64,000 bases of DNA. Source: the human T2T-CHM13v2.0 reference genome, Homo sapiens. The notes beneath the pieces were generated by a model. It did not search any database and was not told the DNA's origin. It was given only the letters and a program-made list of their open reading frames with translations. The stretch lies in assembly GCF_009914755.1 (NCBI RefSeq), contig NC_060926.1; one strand, written 5' to 3'. Positions 26,050-39,135 of the stretch are shown one piece after another; position 1 is the stretch's first letter; every line of letters starts with the position of its first letter. The translations under genes and the position numbers were made by a program.

Positions 26050-26870
26050 CATAGACTGATAATATAAACAATAAGTGCTGGAAGAGTTGAAGAGGTAGCT
26101 GTATCCCTTGGAGGAGGTGTTCAGATGATACGTCAAGTAGAAACTTGGACCTTGAAAGATGAATGTAAAGAGGAGTGGGAAATACATTGATAGTGGGGAA
26201 AAAACTGGTGAAAACAAAATCAAAAACAGAAATGTGTACACTATGCACAGCAGAGACTGCTCCATGCTTCTGACTCTCTAGAGAAAGTATCCACATGGGA
26301 ACATCACGAAATATAAACTTGGAAAGGTCATTTGTGGCATCTGTGGAATTACTGGATATTTTTTAATGCTAGAGTCTAGGTCCAGTGTCTGTCCCATAAA
26401 TGCTGGAAACAACTCATTATTTGAACAGTTAAGTGGTAAGATTAAAAAGCTGTAACAGCAAGGTGCACTGGTAGTTTAATGTAAGACGTATTGAGGAGAG
26501 GAAGTCTAGAGGGAGAAAGGCTAAACTTGTTGAAATACCATAACCAAGGTGGAAGTAGTTGGCATAAAAGAGAAGGTTATATGTGGCATGTATTATGAAA
26601 TATGATGAGATATTAAGAGTGAACATGGATTGTAGATAGAGATTAATGGTAAGGGAAAGGATTAAACAAAAAAAATACATGACAACTAGGTAGACTATAA
26701 GAAAACAGAAGGTGAGAAATCAGGTAGAAGAAATGATTTGTGTAGATCAAATGATAAATTACAGATACTAAATTATTATTGGCAATGAAATCTCCAAGTG
26801 GCCATTTGTTGTAAAAGAAGTTCATATAAGATGGGACTTTGAGGGTGAAGTCAGCGGTGGAGATCATTGA
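26050..26870 (-). mobile_element. L2 relic
   Basis: Purine-rich L2 antisense pattern (aaacttggaccttgaaagatgaatg...gagggtgaagtcagcggtggagat). Confidence 0.55.
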
Positions 26871-26879
26871 GTTTATTGA

Positions 26880-28520
26880 GACTAACTTTGTGACTTATGC
26901 ACTGGTCAGATTTTGTGAAAGTCCCATATGTCTTGAAAACTAATCAGTGCTATATAAAGGTAAAGTGAATTTTTCTTTATGTTTATTTTAAATCAAGAGT
27001 ATTAATTATGTCGTCCAATACTTCTATATTTTCACTAGTTTTGTTGTTGCTTGACTTGTCAAGCTTCTGAGAGAGAAATATTAAAATCTTTTTTGGAAGG
27101 GATAAAGATTCCACCATGCATGTTTAAAAATAATTTGTATTCTTTAAAACTGGCATGTAAACTTGGTATATTTCCTTTAAATAAATGTTAATCATTATGT
27201 TGTTTACAAATCTGTATTTTTATTACTGTTTTACTGCTTATCCTGCCAACTTTCTGAATTATGTCAGTATCTCCACTGATTTTGTGTGTTCCAATTTTTA
27301 AATATAATTTTCTCAAACTTTTTTGTATATTTTAAGATTATGTTGTATTCAAATTCAAAATTTTAATTTTCTAGTGAGTATTCATTTTATCTTTAAGTTG
27401 GGAACTACTTTTATTTATTTTATCTAATACTAATATTAATTTATAAGATTTGCTTCATATCTTATTTTCACCTTTCACTTTTAATCTTTGTAGGTCATCT
27501 TACCTCAGACATGTCTCTTCTAAGCAGCTTATAGCTGGATTTTTTGAGAATCAAAACTGAGAATTTCTTTTTTGTAAAACTTAATTTTCTCTTTCAATTG
27601 TTATTTTATTTATTAATAAATTTGTATTTCAGTCCAATATTTTAGTTTCAACTTATTTTTAACTTCTCCTACTTCTTAGCCATTATTTTCTCTCAAAATA
27701 TTCTTTTTATTTTACTTTTAATTTTTATAGATACCTAATATTTTTACTTATTTATGTGGTACCTGTGACATTTTGATACCAGCATGTGATATATAATGAT
27801 CAAATCTGGGTAACTGGTATATCTACCACCTAAAATATTTGTTATTTATTTGTGTTAGGAATACTCTAAATCTACTCTTCTAGTTATTTTGAAATATACA
27901 GTAAGTTACTGTTAACTATCATCACCTTATTGTGCTAATGAACACTAGATCTTATTCCTTCTATTAATATCTAATTATAGCTTTATACATTAACCAGCCC
28001 TCTTTATCTACCTGCCCCCCACCACCAGGCCCACCCAACTTTATTTCGCAGCTGTTTCCATCAATGAATGAATGGATAAAAAAAGTGGTACATATACACA
28101 ATGGAATATTATTCTGCCATATAAAAAATAAAATCCTGTCATTTGCAACAACCTGTATGAACTGGAGGGCATTAGGTTTTTAATAATCCAGGCACAGAAA
28201 GAAAAATGTCTCATATTCTCCCTCATGTGTGGGAGCTAAAAAATTGATCACATGGAGGTAGTGAATACACTGGTAGTTGCCAAAAGGTTCTTATTTAGAT
28301 TTATCAATTAGTTTACCAGCCTCTTTTCTTGTTACAACTTTTTGCATCATATTCCCTTATGAATTCAATTTCTTACCAAGTGTATTCTTTAAAAGTTCTT
28401 TTAGAAAGAGTATTTGAGTCATTAACTGTCACATCTTTATCTGAAAAATGTCTAAATTTTGCATTATCTTGAATGATAATCTAGTTGGATATAGACTTCA
28501 ACTGGGTTGAAATACTCTTC
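26880..28520 (-). mobile_element. Very old L1M (L1ME-like) fragments, interrupted by a younger L1MA
   Basis: T-rich antisense L1 (ctgagagagaaatattaaaatct; gtctcttctaagcagcttatagctggatt; cttgaatgataatctagttggatataga). Confidence 0.55.
27705..28287 (-). mobile_element. L1MA4-like 3' end with 5' inversion
   Basis: 27705-28030 is the minus-strand 3' UTR with T-tail. 28053-28287 is the upstream segment on the plus strand, ending tggtagttgccaaaagg, about where the minus part begins. Confidence 0.8.
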
Positions 28521-29394
28521 ATTTATTTACATAAACATATCTCTTTTTTCTAGATTATGTCCCTTAAGAGTGGTAATAATATCTGATTCATTTTATAGTT
28601 GCCCAATAGGTAATCCACAAATATCTGTGAAGAGCATGGCGGGAGTGACCCTTCTCATCAATGGCAGTGTCTTGGATAAACCTCATTTTAAAGGAAAATA
28701 ATGACACACAATTTATTCTTTCTTTTGACCATAGGTAAAGGCAAATCCTGGAATTTTTTTACAGACTTGAGGAGTAACTAAGGTGTATCTCATGGTCATT
28801 CTTTAACTCCTTCCTGAGATCTTTTTGAGTTATTACAATATAAAAAATGTTAGAACCTAATTTTTTCATTAAAATAGTAGTAACTGACAAAAGAGCAATG
28901 AATTATTTTTGTAAGGTTTTTTTGTTTTGCTTATCTTTAAGTTGTATCAAATGCCCTCCAAAGATACAACCAGGATAAAGCAACTTTTTAACTTTCAAAA
29001 TTTGAGCTACTTTAAGGTTTACATTCCCTATTAGTACTGGTATTTCTTTTATGCATTTAAAAAATAAATTTCTAATTGAACTGTGCCTTTGTAAATATGC
29101 ATATAGAACAGTATGTGTACAACCAAGATAAGCTAGGTTGGAGTGGATCTACGTTGAAAGCAACTCTGCTAACACCGTACACTTAAAGAGCACTTTAAAG
29201 ATGTTACAACAAAGATGTTTAGTTACTTTTAAAATTACAAGTTACTGAGCACATCTACAGAATCCTTATAGAATGGATGCCAAATATCTCAGTATTTGAT
29301 TAGAGGAAAAAAATGAAATATATCAAGCCCTACGAAGAATGAAAAGATGAGTGAAAAAAAAAGATGACTGTCTATAAAATAGCACCCATAGACT

Positions 29395-29690
29395 TCATTC
29401 GTTCATCTGTCATTCATTATTAGGTTATTCATTCACAATCATTTACTGGGGATCTATGAATGTGTCAGAGACTATGCTAGCTGCTGGGTTATGAATACTG
29501 TTAAGTGTAGGCCCCTGCCTCAAAAAGTTTATAATTTAAGTGAGCATATCATTTAATAATATAATATGATAAATCCTTCACTAGAAGCACAATTACAATG
29601 AGGAAAGTATCACATTTGAGAAGCAGTCCCAGTGCTAATGCATATCTACTTACCCAGAAAATGTAGCAGAAGGACTTTCTAGGATAGAAA
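29395..29690 (-). mobile_element. L2 3' relic
   Basis: ttcattcacaatcatttactggggatctatgaatgtgtcagagactatgctagctgctggg...ccctgcctcaaaaagtttataatt. Confidence 0.65.
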
Positions 29691-29913
29691 TATGCAACTC
29701 CAGGTAGAGTGGCAGGTGCACCCCTGATATGAAGACGGCAGTATGTGGCTGTTAGATCCTGATGCTATTAAACATTGGGAGCATTACCATGACTTCATTT
29801 GCTCTAATTCCAAGCTTATCAAGGCCACTTCCTTTTATATTCAACTTTTTGGGTGAATACACTTAAGGGAAGAGAATGGTGCTGGGCATTCCAATAGAAA
29901 TATACCAGTGACC

Positions 29914-30234
<321 letters not shown>

Positions 30235-31094
30235 TTATATTTTTATTGTCAATTTACATTGTTGTGTAAATATATTTCCAGGTGCTTGATTACCGAGTAG
30301 TTCCCTCCCCTGCTTCTCCCCAGAGATACAGACCCTCTTCATCTGCTGCATAAATCAGTCTTCTGAGATGAAAGCAGAGTTCCAACCCTGAACCTTAGAG
30401 AATTCATCAAAGCAAATGCCACCTTGTTTCCCTGATGGCACTTCTGATCTCACAGCATGTCCTTTTTCAAACATCTACAGGTACATGTGTTTGTTATGAA
30501 TATTTTACTCAGAATTCTTTTGTACTCTCAATTTGGGGTCATGATTGAAGTTAGCTGATGCCTAGAACATCCTTGTCCAAGAGCAAGGATGTTAATTATT
30601 CCTGGGTACAAGGGGTTCTCACGCTCCTCTGCACTGGCCCCATCCCAAACTTGAAACCAATTTTATGTCTCTTCACTCTCACCACGGAGTATTCACTTGC
30701 AACAAAATCCCCTTAAATTGATAGATTGTGCAAAGACTTTGTGGAGGAAACCTGGAGAGTCTGTGTGCAAATCACACAGAAAAAAACACTATTTGACTTG
30801 TTCATTATTTTTGTACCCCTCAAACTTCCGTGTTGGCTGTGCTCAAAGAAGCCTTTACAGAATCCGGGTACCCACAATGCTCTGCCTTCTGAAGACCAGC
30901 ACTCCTGACTCGTGATTCTGAGGTGCTTTCACATCCATGGGGAGGTGGGTCCAGTCTCCATGCACCCACCAGTTATCCCTAAACCAAATTTACTTGTGGT
31001 AAATAAAGTCCTCTCCATCTCGTTTTGCGCTTTCCCTCGCACCCTGGTTTTGCATGTATGAGTTTGTATATCTCCAGCTTATAACCTACTTCCT

Positions 31095-31728
31095 ATGCCT
31101 AATTCTTGCTAAGAAAGGTATTTTAAAAATTACCACAAACTTGGCAGCCTAAAATAGCACAGATTTATTACTCATAGTTTCTGTGGGTCTGAAATTTGGG
31201 CGTAGTGTGGCTAGATTTTCTTCTTAGAATTTCACTGGGATGAAATTTAAATATGATTTGGGGCCATGGTCTCATTTGAGCTCAAGTTTCTACTTCAAGC
31301 GCATTGATTGTCAACAGAATTGATTTCACTGAAGCTACAAGATGGAGATCCCCATTTTTCTTCTAGTTGTTGGCCGAAGTCAACTCGCAGCAAATAGAGG
31401 TTGCTGTTAGTTCCTTACCATGTGACGCCCCGCAGGTAGTTTACAACCTATGTTTGTCTTCTTCCAGGTGAGCTAGTGCATGTCTCTCTGACTTTCATTT
31501 CTGTGCCTGGTCAGAGAAAATATGTGGATTTTAAAGGGCCGGTGCAATTAGCTTAGGCTTACCTGGATAACCTCCCTTATCTCAAGGTTCACTGAATTAA
31601 GACCTAAATGATATCTGCAAAATCGCTTCATAGCAGTTACCTAGAATAGTATACTAATTAACTGGGAGAAGGGTTGTACACCAGTGGCTGAGAGTCTTGG
31701 AGAAACTATCTCAGAATTCCTCCCACTG
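31095..31728 (-). mobile_element. MLT1E-like MaLR LTR
   Basis: aaattaccacaaacttggcagcctaaaatagcacagatttattactcatagtttctgtgggtctgaaatttggg...tcagaattcctcccactgca. Confidence 0.75.
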
Positions 31729-32965
31729 CAGTCAGGTTTATTGTGAAATAAATAAAGAATAAGCTTCAAAATTGCTCACTTGCAGAACATTTTCCAGGAA
31801 TCTGGGATGAGCCCTCTCTGTGTGTTCACATGTTCTTATTTTTATACAATTTTTGCAAAAGTCATATATTTTGTTAATATTTACTGAAGAAAACTGTTGC
31901 TTACCACTCCAAATTCCCTCTACTTTTTGTTTGGTCATGGCATTTTGGAGATTCAGCTAAGGGGAAGCTGAGTTAGGGATGTTTTAACTTCTATTTAGTG
32001 GGATGTTTTTATGTGGTCCCTGTCACTTCTGTATGCTAGCTGGGGACAGTTTCTGGGAGTAGTCCCACTGCTGTCCATTCCCACTCACCTGCTGGGGGAA
32101 CACAAAGCCAGGCCTGCATTGTGTTATGAATGGGAATCATGGAACCCAGTCCCAAAAGCAGGCGGGAAGAGGCAAATGAGTTAAAATGTATAGAGCTGGA
32201 AGCTAGGCTGTTGAAAATTCTTCACAAAATCAGAAATATAAAATTACAATCAGGGAATTTGTTTCTCATCAAAGCCTGATTGAGAGCAAAAATTTCTACT
32301 TTCAGCAATATTATGAGTAAGGCAGTATATTCAATCAAAAATTCACAATGCTTTTTTTTTTTACTGGAAACACAATATTTAATAAAGTTCGAGTACATCA
32401 TTGGATGTACTCCTTCCAATTTGGAAGGATGATTGAGATAGTTAAAAAAAATACACAAATTTGGCTTATATCTGTATGGTGTGTACTATCTTTATCAAAT
32501 TTAAATATATTGATTAAAGAGTTGAAAGAAATTTCTTATAAAAAATGATATTTTAAACAAAAGTAATAAAGTTAAGCAATGAAGTCAATTGAAATTATTC
32601 TAGTACTGAGAATAAATTATAGCCAAAATATACACAGATTTTATCAAAAGTAATAATTCTTTAAGAGAAAGAGACATATTTTTAGTCACAGTAGTGAATA
32701 GTTTCTCTATTTCTTTACAGAAAATAATATTTTGAGTTTTTTTATGAAGCTGTGTTCAGCCAAATTATGTATAAAAGTCTTTCATTGTGTTATTTTTGTG
32801 GATTTTGTTATATTGTAGGTTTTTCAGCATTCTAAAATGTACAATTTTCTGATATCTTCTTATTCTAAATAAATATTCACATTGATTCCTAATTTTGTAT
32901 TCAAAATATTGTTTAAATTTATTAAAGAAGGCCTCCCACACTGTAGAAGCTTCAGGCCCCTTAGC
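31729..32965 (+). mobile_element. Arthur1/Arthur1B-like hAT-Tip100 DNA transposon
   Basis: taagcttcaaaattgctcacttgca...tgtgttcacatg...gattcagctaaggggaagctgagttagggat...aaatgtatagagctggaagctag; 3' aagcttcaggcccc. Confidence 0.7.
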
Positions 32966-33204
32966 TCACACTCTGCTGTGTCTCAGGTCTTCTCATGGGT
33001 ATCAATCATGTCTATATACACACAAAGAGATTGCATCACTATCTCCTCATGGGCAGTACAAGATCCCAAATGGGTCTCATCTCCTCCAAGCCTTATGTCT
33101 TCCTTTATGGGCTTGGGACAGGGAGAGAACACTCAGAGCTGTAAGGTTGCCGTCAGATGAGACCCAGTAGCATTAGGATTTGACAGTAATCTGAAACATG
33201 AGCT

Positions 33205-33564
33205 ACATTTTTTTAAGAAAAATTTACATAGCACACAATTAACCATTTTAAAGTGCACAATTCAATGGCATTGAGTCTATTTACAATGTTATGCAACTGC
33301 CAGTTCTATCTAATTCTAAAACATTTTTATCACTCCCAAAGTAAACTCTGTCATCTTTATGAGGCAGTCATCCTCCACCCCTTTTTCCCCTGACCCTTAG
33401 TTTCTGACAACCACTAATCTACTTACTTTCTCTATAGAGTTAACCATTCTGGACATTTAATGTAACTAAAAACATACAATAGGTGGCCTTTTGAGTTTGG
33501 CCTTTCCATTTACCATCATATTTTTAAGGTTTATCAACATTGTGGTGTGTATCAGTGCTCTAGT
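33205..33564 (-). mobile_element. L1MB-type 3' end (host of the L1MA5 insertion; resumes at about 37385-37470)
   Basis: aatttacatagcacacaattaaccattttaaagtgcacaattcaatggcatt...aaccactaatctacttactttctctatagagt. Confidence 0.75.
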
Positions 33565-36500
33565 TTATTTTTATTTTTTACTTGATGGAAAATAGATGTA
33601 CATATTTTGGAGGTACAAGTGATCATTTAACACATTTATGTAATTTTAAAATATCAGTGTAATTGGGATATGAATTACCTTAAATAATTGTCTTTATGCT
33701 AGAAACATTCAAATTAATCTCTTCAAGACATTTTGAAATATACAATACATTATTGTAGTCACCTCACTGATCTATCGAATATTAGGTCCTATTTCTTCTA
33801 CTAAATTGTATATTTGTACCCATTGATCAGCATCCCTTCATGCTTTTCCTTCCCCATTACCCTTCCTTGCCTCTGGTAACCACCAATTTACTATCTTCAT
33901 TAGATTCACTTTTTAATCTTCCACATATGAATGAAAATGTGGTATTTGTCTTTCTGTCCTTGGCTTATTTTACTTAATATAATGACCTCCAGTTCCATCC
34001 ATGTTGTTGCAAGTGACTGGATTTCATTCTATTTATGGCTAAATAGTATTCCATTATGTATATATTCGACATTTTATCTGTTCACCATTGATGGACACTT
34101 AGGTTAATTCCATATTTTGGCTATTGTGAATCGTGCTGCAATAAACATGAGAGTGAAGGTATCTGTTTGATATATAAAGTTCCTTTCTTTTAGATATATA
34201 ACCAGTATATTGGATTGTAGTAGTACTTTTGATTTGTTGAGAAATCTCTATATGGTTTTCTGTAGTGGCTGTGCTAATTTACACTTCTAGCAATAGTGCA
34301 TGCGGGTTCCCCTTCAAATTCTCACCACTGTCTGTTAGTCTCTGTTTTTCTGTTTTGTTTTGTTTTGTTTTTTGTTTGTTTGTTTTTTCATAAAAGGCCA
34401 TTTAAACTGGGGTGAGATGATATCTCATCGTGGTTTGGTTTGCAATTATCTGATGATTAAGGATGTTGAACATTTTTCATGTATTTGGCTATTTGTAAGT
34501 CTTCTTTTGAGAAATGTCAATTCATGTCTTTTGCCGATTTTTAAATCTGTTTGTTTGAGCTCCTTATATATTCTGTTTATTAATTCCTTGTCAGATGCAT
34601 AGCTTGCAAATATTTTCTTTTATTCTGTGCATTATCTCTTCACTTTGTTGATTGTTTCCTTTGCTGTTTAGCTTGATGTAATCCCACTTCTCTATTTGTG
34701 CTTTGGTTGCCTGTGCTTCTGAGATCCTACACAAAAAATCTTTGCCCAGACCAATGTTCTGGAGCATTTCACACAGTGTTTTCTTCTAATAGTTTCATAG
34801 TTTAATCTATTTTTATTTGATTTGTGTATACAATGAGAGATAGGGGTCTAGTTTCATTCTTCTGCATATGGATATCCAGTTTTCCCAGAATCATTTACTG
34901 AAGGGACTGTCCTATCCCTGTTATATGTTCTTGACACTTTTGTTGAAAATGTTGTCTATAAATGCATGGATTTATATCTGGGTTTCTTTATTCAGTTTCA
35001 CTGATCTATTTGTCTGTTTTTATGCCAGTACCAAGATGACCCATTTGGTTATTAGAGCTTTGTAGTAAATTTTGAAATTAGGTAGTGTGACACCTCCAGC
35101 TTTGTTCTTTTTGCTCAGGATTGCTTTGGTTATTCTGGGTCTTTTGTGATTTCATATAAATTTTAGGATTACTTTTCCTATTTCTATGAAAAATGACATA
35201 GGTATTTTGATAGAGATTGCATTGAATCTGTAAATTGCTTTGAGTAGAACTGTCATTTTAACAATATAATTTTTCCAATCCATGAGCATGAAATATCTTT
35301 TTATTTTTTGTGTCCTCTTCAATTTCTTTCATCAGTATTTTGTAGATCTTTCACTTTCACTCTACACTTTAACTCCATCCATTTTTACTTTGTGCTCTCT
35401 CAGTGTGCATAATCTTATACTGCCTATTTCTTAGGTTGCTGTGGATAATATTGTTTTTGATTTGTGTTTGGGTCCTTATACTAGAGTTATGAGTGGATTG
35501 AACACCACAAATCTAGCATTAGAGTATCTAGTTTTGTCCATGTACTTAATTTTACCCATTGGCTTTATAACTTCAAATATCTTCACTTTTCACCTTAGTT
35601 TTTTTTTTTTTTTAATTTCCGACAGAAGAATTCCTTTAGCATTTTTTATACGACGAGTCTGCTGGTGGTAAATTTGTTCAGCTTTTCTTTTTTTGGGATA
35701 TACTTTATCTCTCCTTCATACTTAAAGGTAGCTTGGATGGGCACAGTAACTTGGATGACCGTCCTTTTCTTTCAGCACTTCGAAAATGTTGTCCCTTTCC
35801 CTCTTGTCCTGTATGGTTTCCACTGAGAAATCTTTGCCAGATGAGTTGGACCCCCTTTATATGTCACTTGGATCTTTTCTCTTGCTGCTTTTAGGATCCT
35901 ATATTTATCCTTGGCCTTTGAGAGTTTGAGTACTATGTGTCTCGGTTTATTCTTATTTGGCTGGAATTTGTTTAGTCTTCTCAAACCTTCCTGTGCCTGG
36001 ATATTTATCTCTTATTTAAGTTTAGGAAAGTTATCATTTCTTAGGATAAACTTTCTACCCCATATTCTAGCTCAACTCCATCTTGAACACCAGTGCTTCT
36101 TAGATTTGATCTTTTGAGATAATTTTCTATACCTTGTGGGTGATTTTTGTTCCTTGTCATTCTTTTTCCCCCTGAATATTTATTTTTAAATAGCCTGTCT
36201 TTGAGCTCACTAATTATTTTCCCCACTTGACTCATTTTGCTGTTGAGAGCCTCTATTGAATTTTTTAGTTCCACAAGCATGTTTCTCCATTCCAAGATTT
36301 GTTTGATTTTATTTTGGTTTTATTTTTATTATTGCAATGCCTTTGTTAAATTTCTCTGATAAAGTTCTGAATTGCTTTTCTGTAACCTTGAAGGTCACTG
36401 AGTTTCTTCCAAAATTCCTTCTATTTTGAATTCTGGTCAGAGTTTGCATATGGTTGCCTTGTTAAGGTCAGTCACTGGTTCCTGGCTTTGTCCATTTGAG

Positions 36501-37378
36501 GAGATCATTTTTTTTGGGAATGTACATCTATGTCTTTGCATTAAATGATTTGTTATTTCTTCCAGTCTTCTCTGTCTGGATTGCTTTGGGTTTTAGTGAA
36601 TATGTTTGCTTATAGACTTGTTGTAATTTACTTGTTAATGTTCTTTCTTTTCTTTCTTTTTTTTTCCCCCTCTAGGTCATTGCCTCTTGTTCAGGACTAC
36701 ATGGTGCCTTAAGCCCAGGTTTGCCTCAGCTCTAGTAAACAATCAGAGTACTGCCTGTTAAGAATGAGGCAAGTTCCAAAGGTGATACATAGTTACTGCG
36801 GGAAGGCTGGCTGTTTGTCTGTGCCCAGGGCACCAGTGGAGCAAACCTTTTACAGCATGGTGCTGCTGAACAGCCACTCTGACTTGTTGTTTCCTTTAGT
36901 CGAGTTGCAGAGCACAATTTTCAGGGATGGGAATGGTAGTACCATGTCCCCCTTTGTCTCTGGCTGTCCTCAGGTGTATTTCTCCCTTCAGACATTCCCA
37001 ATCTTCCTGTGGCTTCAGACAGAGATAAATCTTTTGCCAGGGAACTCAAGACGGTGGGGAAGCTAATTGTCTACTTATATCTTACTTTATCCAGTGTAAA
37101 ACCATGAGTTGGGGGAAATTGTCCATTTGCTTATAGCCAGGCAGATTGGGAGAAGGGGCATTGCCCCTATGGAAGTCTGATTCTCTTATTGTCTGCTTGA
37201 GGTCTTTTTACTTCTACTTCTCTGTGGCCTCAGAAACTGTCTCATTCTCATACTTGAGTTCTAGGATATTACTGGTGATAATGTCAGCACTGTGTGTGTA
37301 TATGTAAGTATATACAGGTTTTCTTTGAGGGTCAGTAGTAAAGCCAGCTTGCAACTACACTGCCATTTTGGAACCAAA
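33565..37378 (-). mobile_element. L1MA5-like LINE-1 with 5' UTR, ORF1 and ORF2 3' part; 5' half of ORF2 deleted
   Basis: 5' end tgccattttggaacc (37361-37375). ORF1 fragment PRHIVLKLSKAKDKYRILKAAREKIQVTYKG. Jump from inter-ORF sequence to late ORF2 near 35355. L1MA5 3' UTR at 33570-33950. Confidence 0.87.
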
Positions 37379-39039
37379 AGTCTATTCAATTTCTTTATAA
37401 GGCTAAATAATATTCTAAGTATATACTACATTTTGTTGATCCAGCATCTGTTGATGTACTTGGGCTGTTAGGAGCTGGATCTGGAGCCTGGATCTTCTAC
37501 TAATTTCCCTCCATCCTCATTGTCAGAGTCACCCCGGTGTCCCCTATTGTCCAAGTGCATCCATCTTTGCTGGGTACCTGCTCACTTCCTCCCCTCCCTA
37601 AGGGTCTCTGTCTCCTCAAGGGTGCAGGTGTCCACAAAAATTTTCTGTTCTCAGTGCAGAATGGCTAGTCACTCTTAGTTTCCCTCAATTACAGGCTTTA
37701 ATTTTGGAGGAAGACAGACTTCACTCATACAAAGAGACTCAAGTCATAGACCGTTGCCACCAAAACAATGAATAAAAACAAATGAGTGAGTATTCTCACT
37801 CCATAGACAGCTAGACAATAGTTTGCTTCTTCTGTAATCTTGCTGTAATCACTCTGGCGCCCGACAGACATGTTCTATTTGTGGTACCAGTTCTTCTGTT
37901 TGTAACCCACCTTCCTACGCACTCCCCACATGAGTTAATGGTCAACATTTTCAACTAAAGTTTCAGATGCATTCTCAGGAGACGCCTGAACAGAGGTGAG
38001 AGACCTGAATTGTCCTGCTGCCCCAGTGTTTCTCATCAGAATGTGGCATCTGGGAGATGAGTCCTAACCCAGTTATTCTAGTTCCCCAGGTTTGAACCAA
38101 TTTTCAACCTCAGAGATTTGGTCCTACACACTAAGTGTATTATTGCCTTCTTTTCTTGTCTCAAATTTAATTCACTAAGAGCAGGCTTTCACAGAGTAGT
38201 TCAACTCTCTTCAGCGAATTCTGAATTTCTACAATTTCTGAGCTTCTCCATAAAGTTCTTCTTCATAAGGTGCTTCTTCAGTAAAGAATTTCAGCCAACC
38301 TACCTTGTTTTGCAGCATTACACACAAAAAAGAATAAGATGAAAACTCTATATGGCCATGGACATTGTTGTTTTTTTTTTCACTACCATATCTCCTACAA
38401 TTACAGTATTGTATGCCATAGAAGGCACGCGATAAACCTCTGCTGATGTAAGGAATAAACTCACATGCAGTTCTTTTCTCTGTCATGATTTAGTGATCAC
38501 TTGATAGAAATCACAGCAGCTGTCTGCATAACCACATACCATAGGTGTGCTTGTAGGTATTCCCCACAGAGAGAGAGGCATTTGCAGCCACATGTCCACA
38601 TATTATTCCTAAAGACTGAGCCTGTGAATATTGTATTAACCTCCATTGCTTCTCTGTCTCTCCTGCAGGATTTTAGTGGTACTGTCTTACAATAACCATT
38701 TCATGCTTTGCAGATGGCTTTGGTCACTGCTGGCAAGTATTGTCAAATGGGGTTTTCCATGCATGTTTGATGGACAACTCCACGTTTCAACTCAGACTAC
38801 AGAAAATACTGTCTAATCAAGTGAAGCGGATTATGAGTTCCAAATCCATAATAGGTGCCTCTTCTGCTTCTAGGAAGAATTTCATCTTATGATATTGGAT
38901 AACAGTCAATACTGAATTAAACATTGACTATTAGCTGGTGATTTTATAAGACATGTTTTAAGACATGCTCACACAATACCACAGTTGTCCTACTTTCTCT
39001 CTGAAACAACGAGTCAAGGGTGGAGCAGTCCCAGAACAG

Positions 39040-39135
39040 AACATGGTACTGATGATTAGCAATACTGTACCGTACACTTAAAATGTTAAGGAGTGAAGCT
39101 CATGGTATGTGTTCTTACCACAAGAAGAAGAAAAT
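39040..39135 (+). mobile_element. Old L1M 3' UTR fragment
   Basis: aatactgtaccgtacacttaaaatgttaaggagtgaagctcatggtatgtgttcttaccacaagaa. Confidence 0.55.

Noticed and set aside
30640-30960. Possible enhancer with C/EBP-like attgtgcaaa
   Set aside because: Too few and too short motifs to support without chromatin data.
38176-38486. Minus-strand ORF with protein-like segment (EEAPYEEELYGEAQKL)
   Set aside because: No family recognised and no convincing acceptor; cannot support a coding exon.
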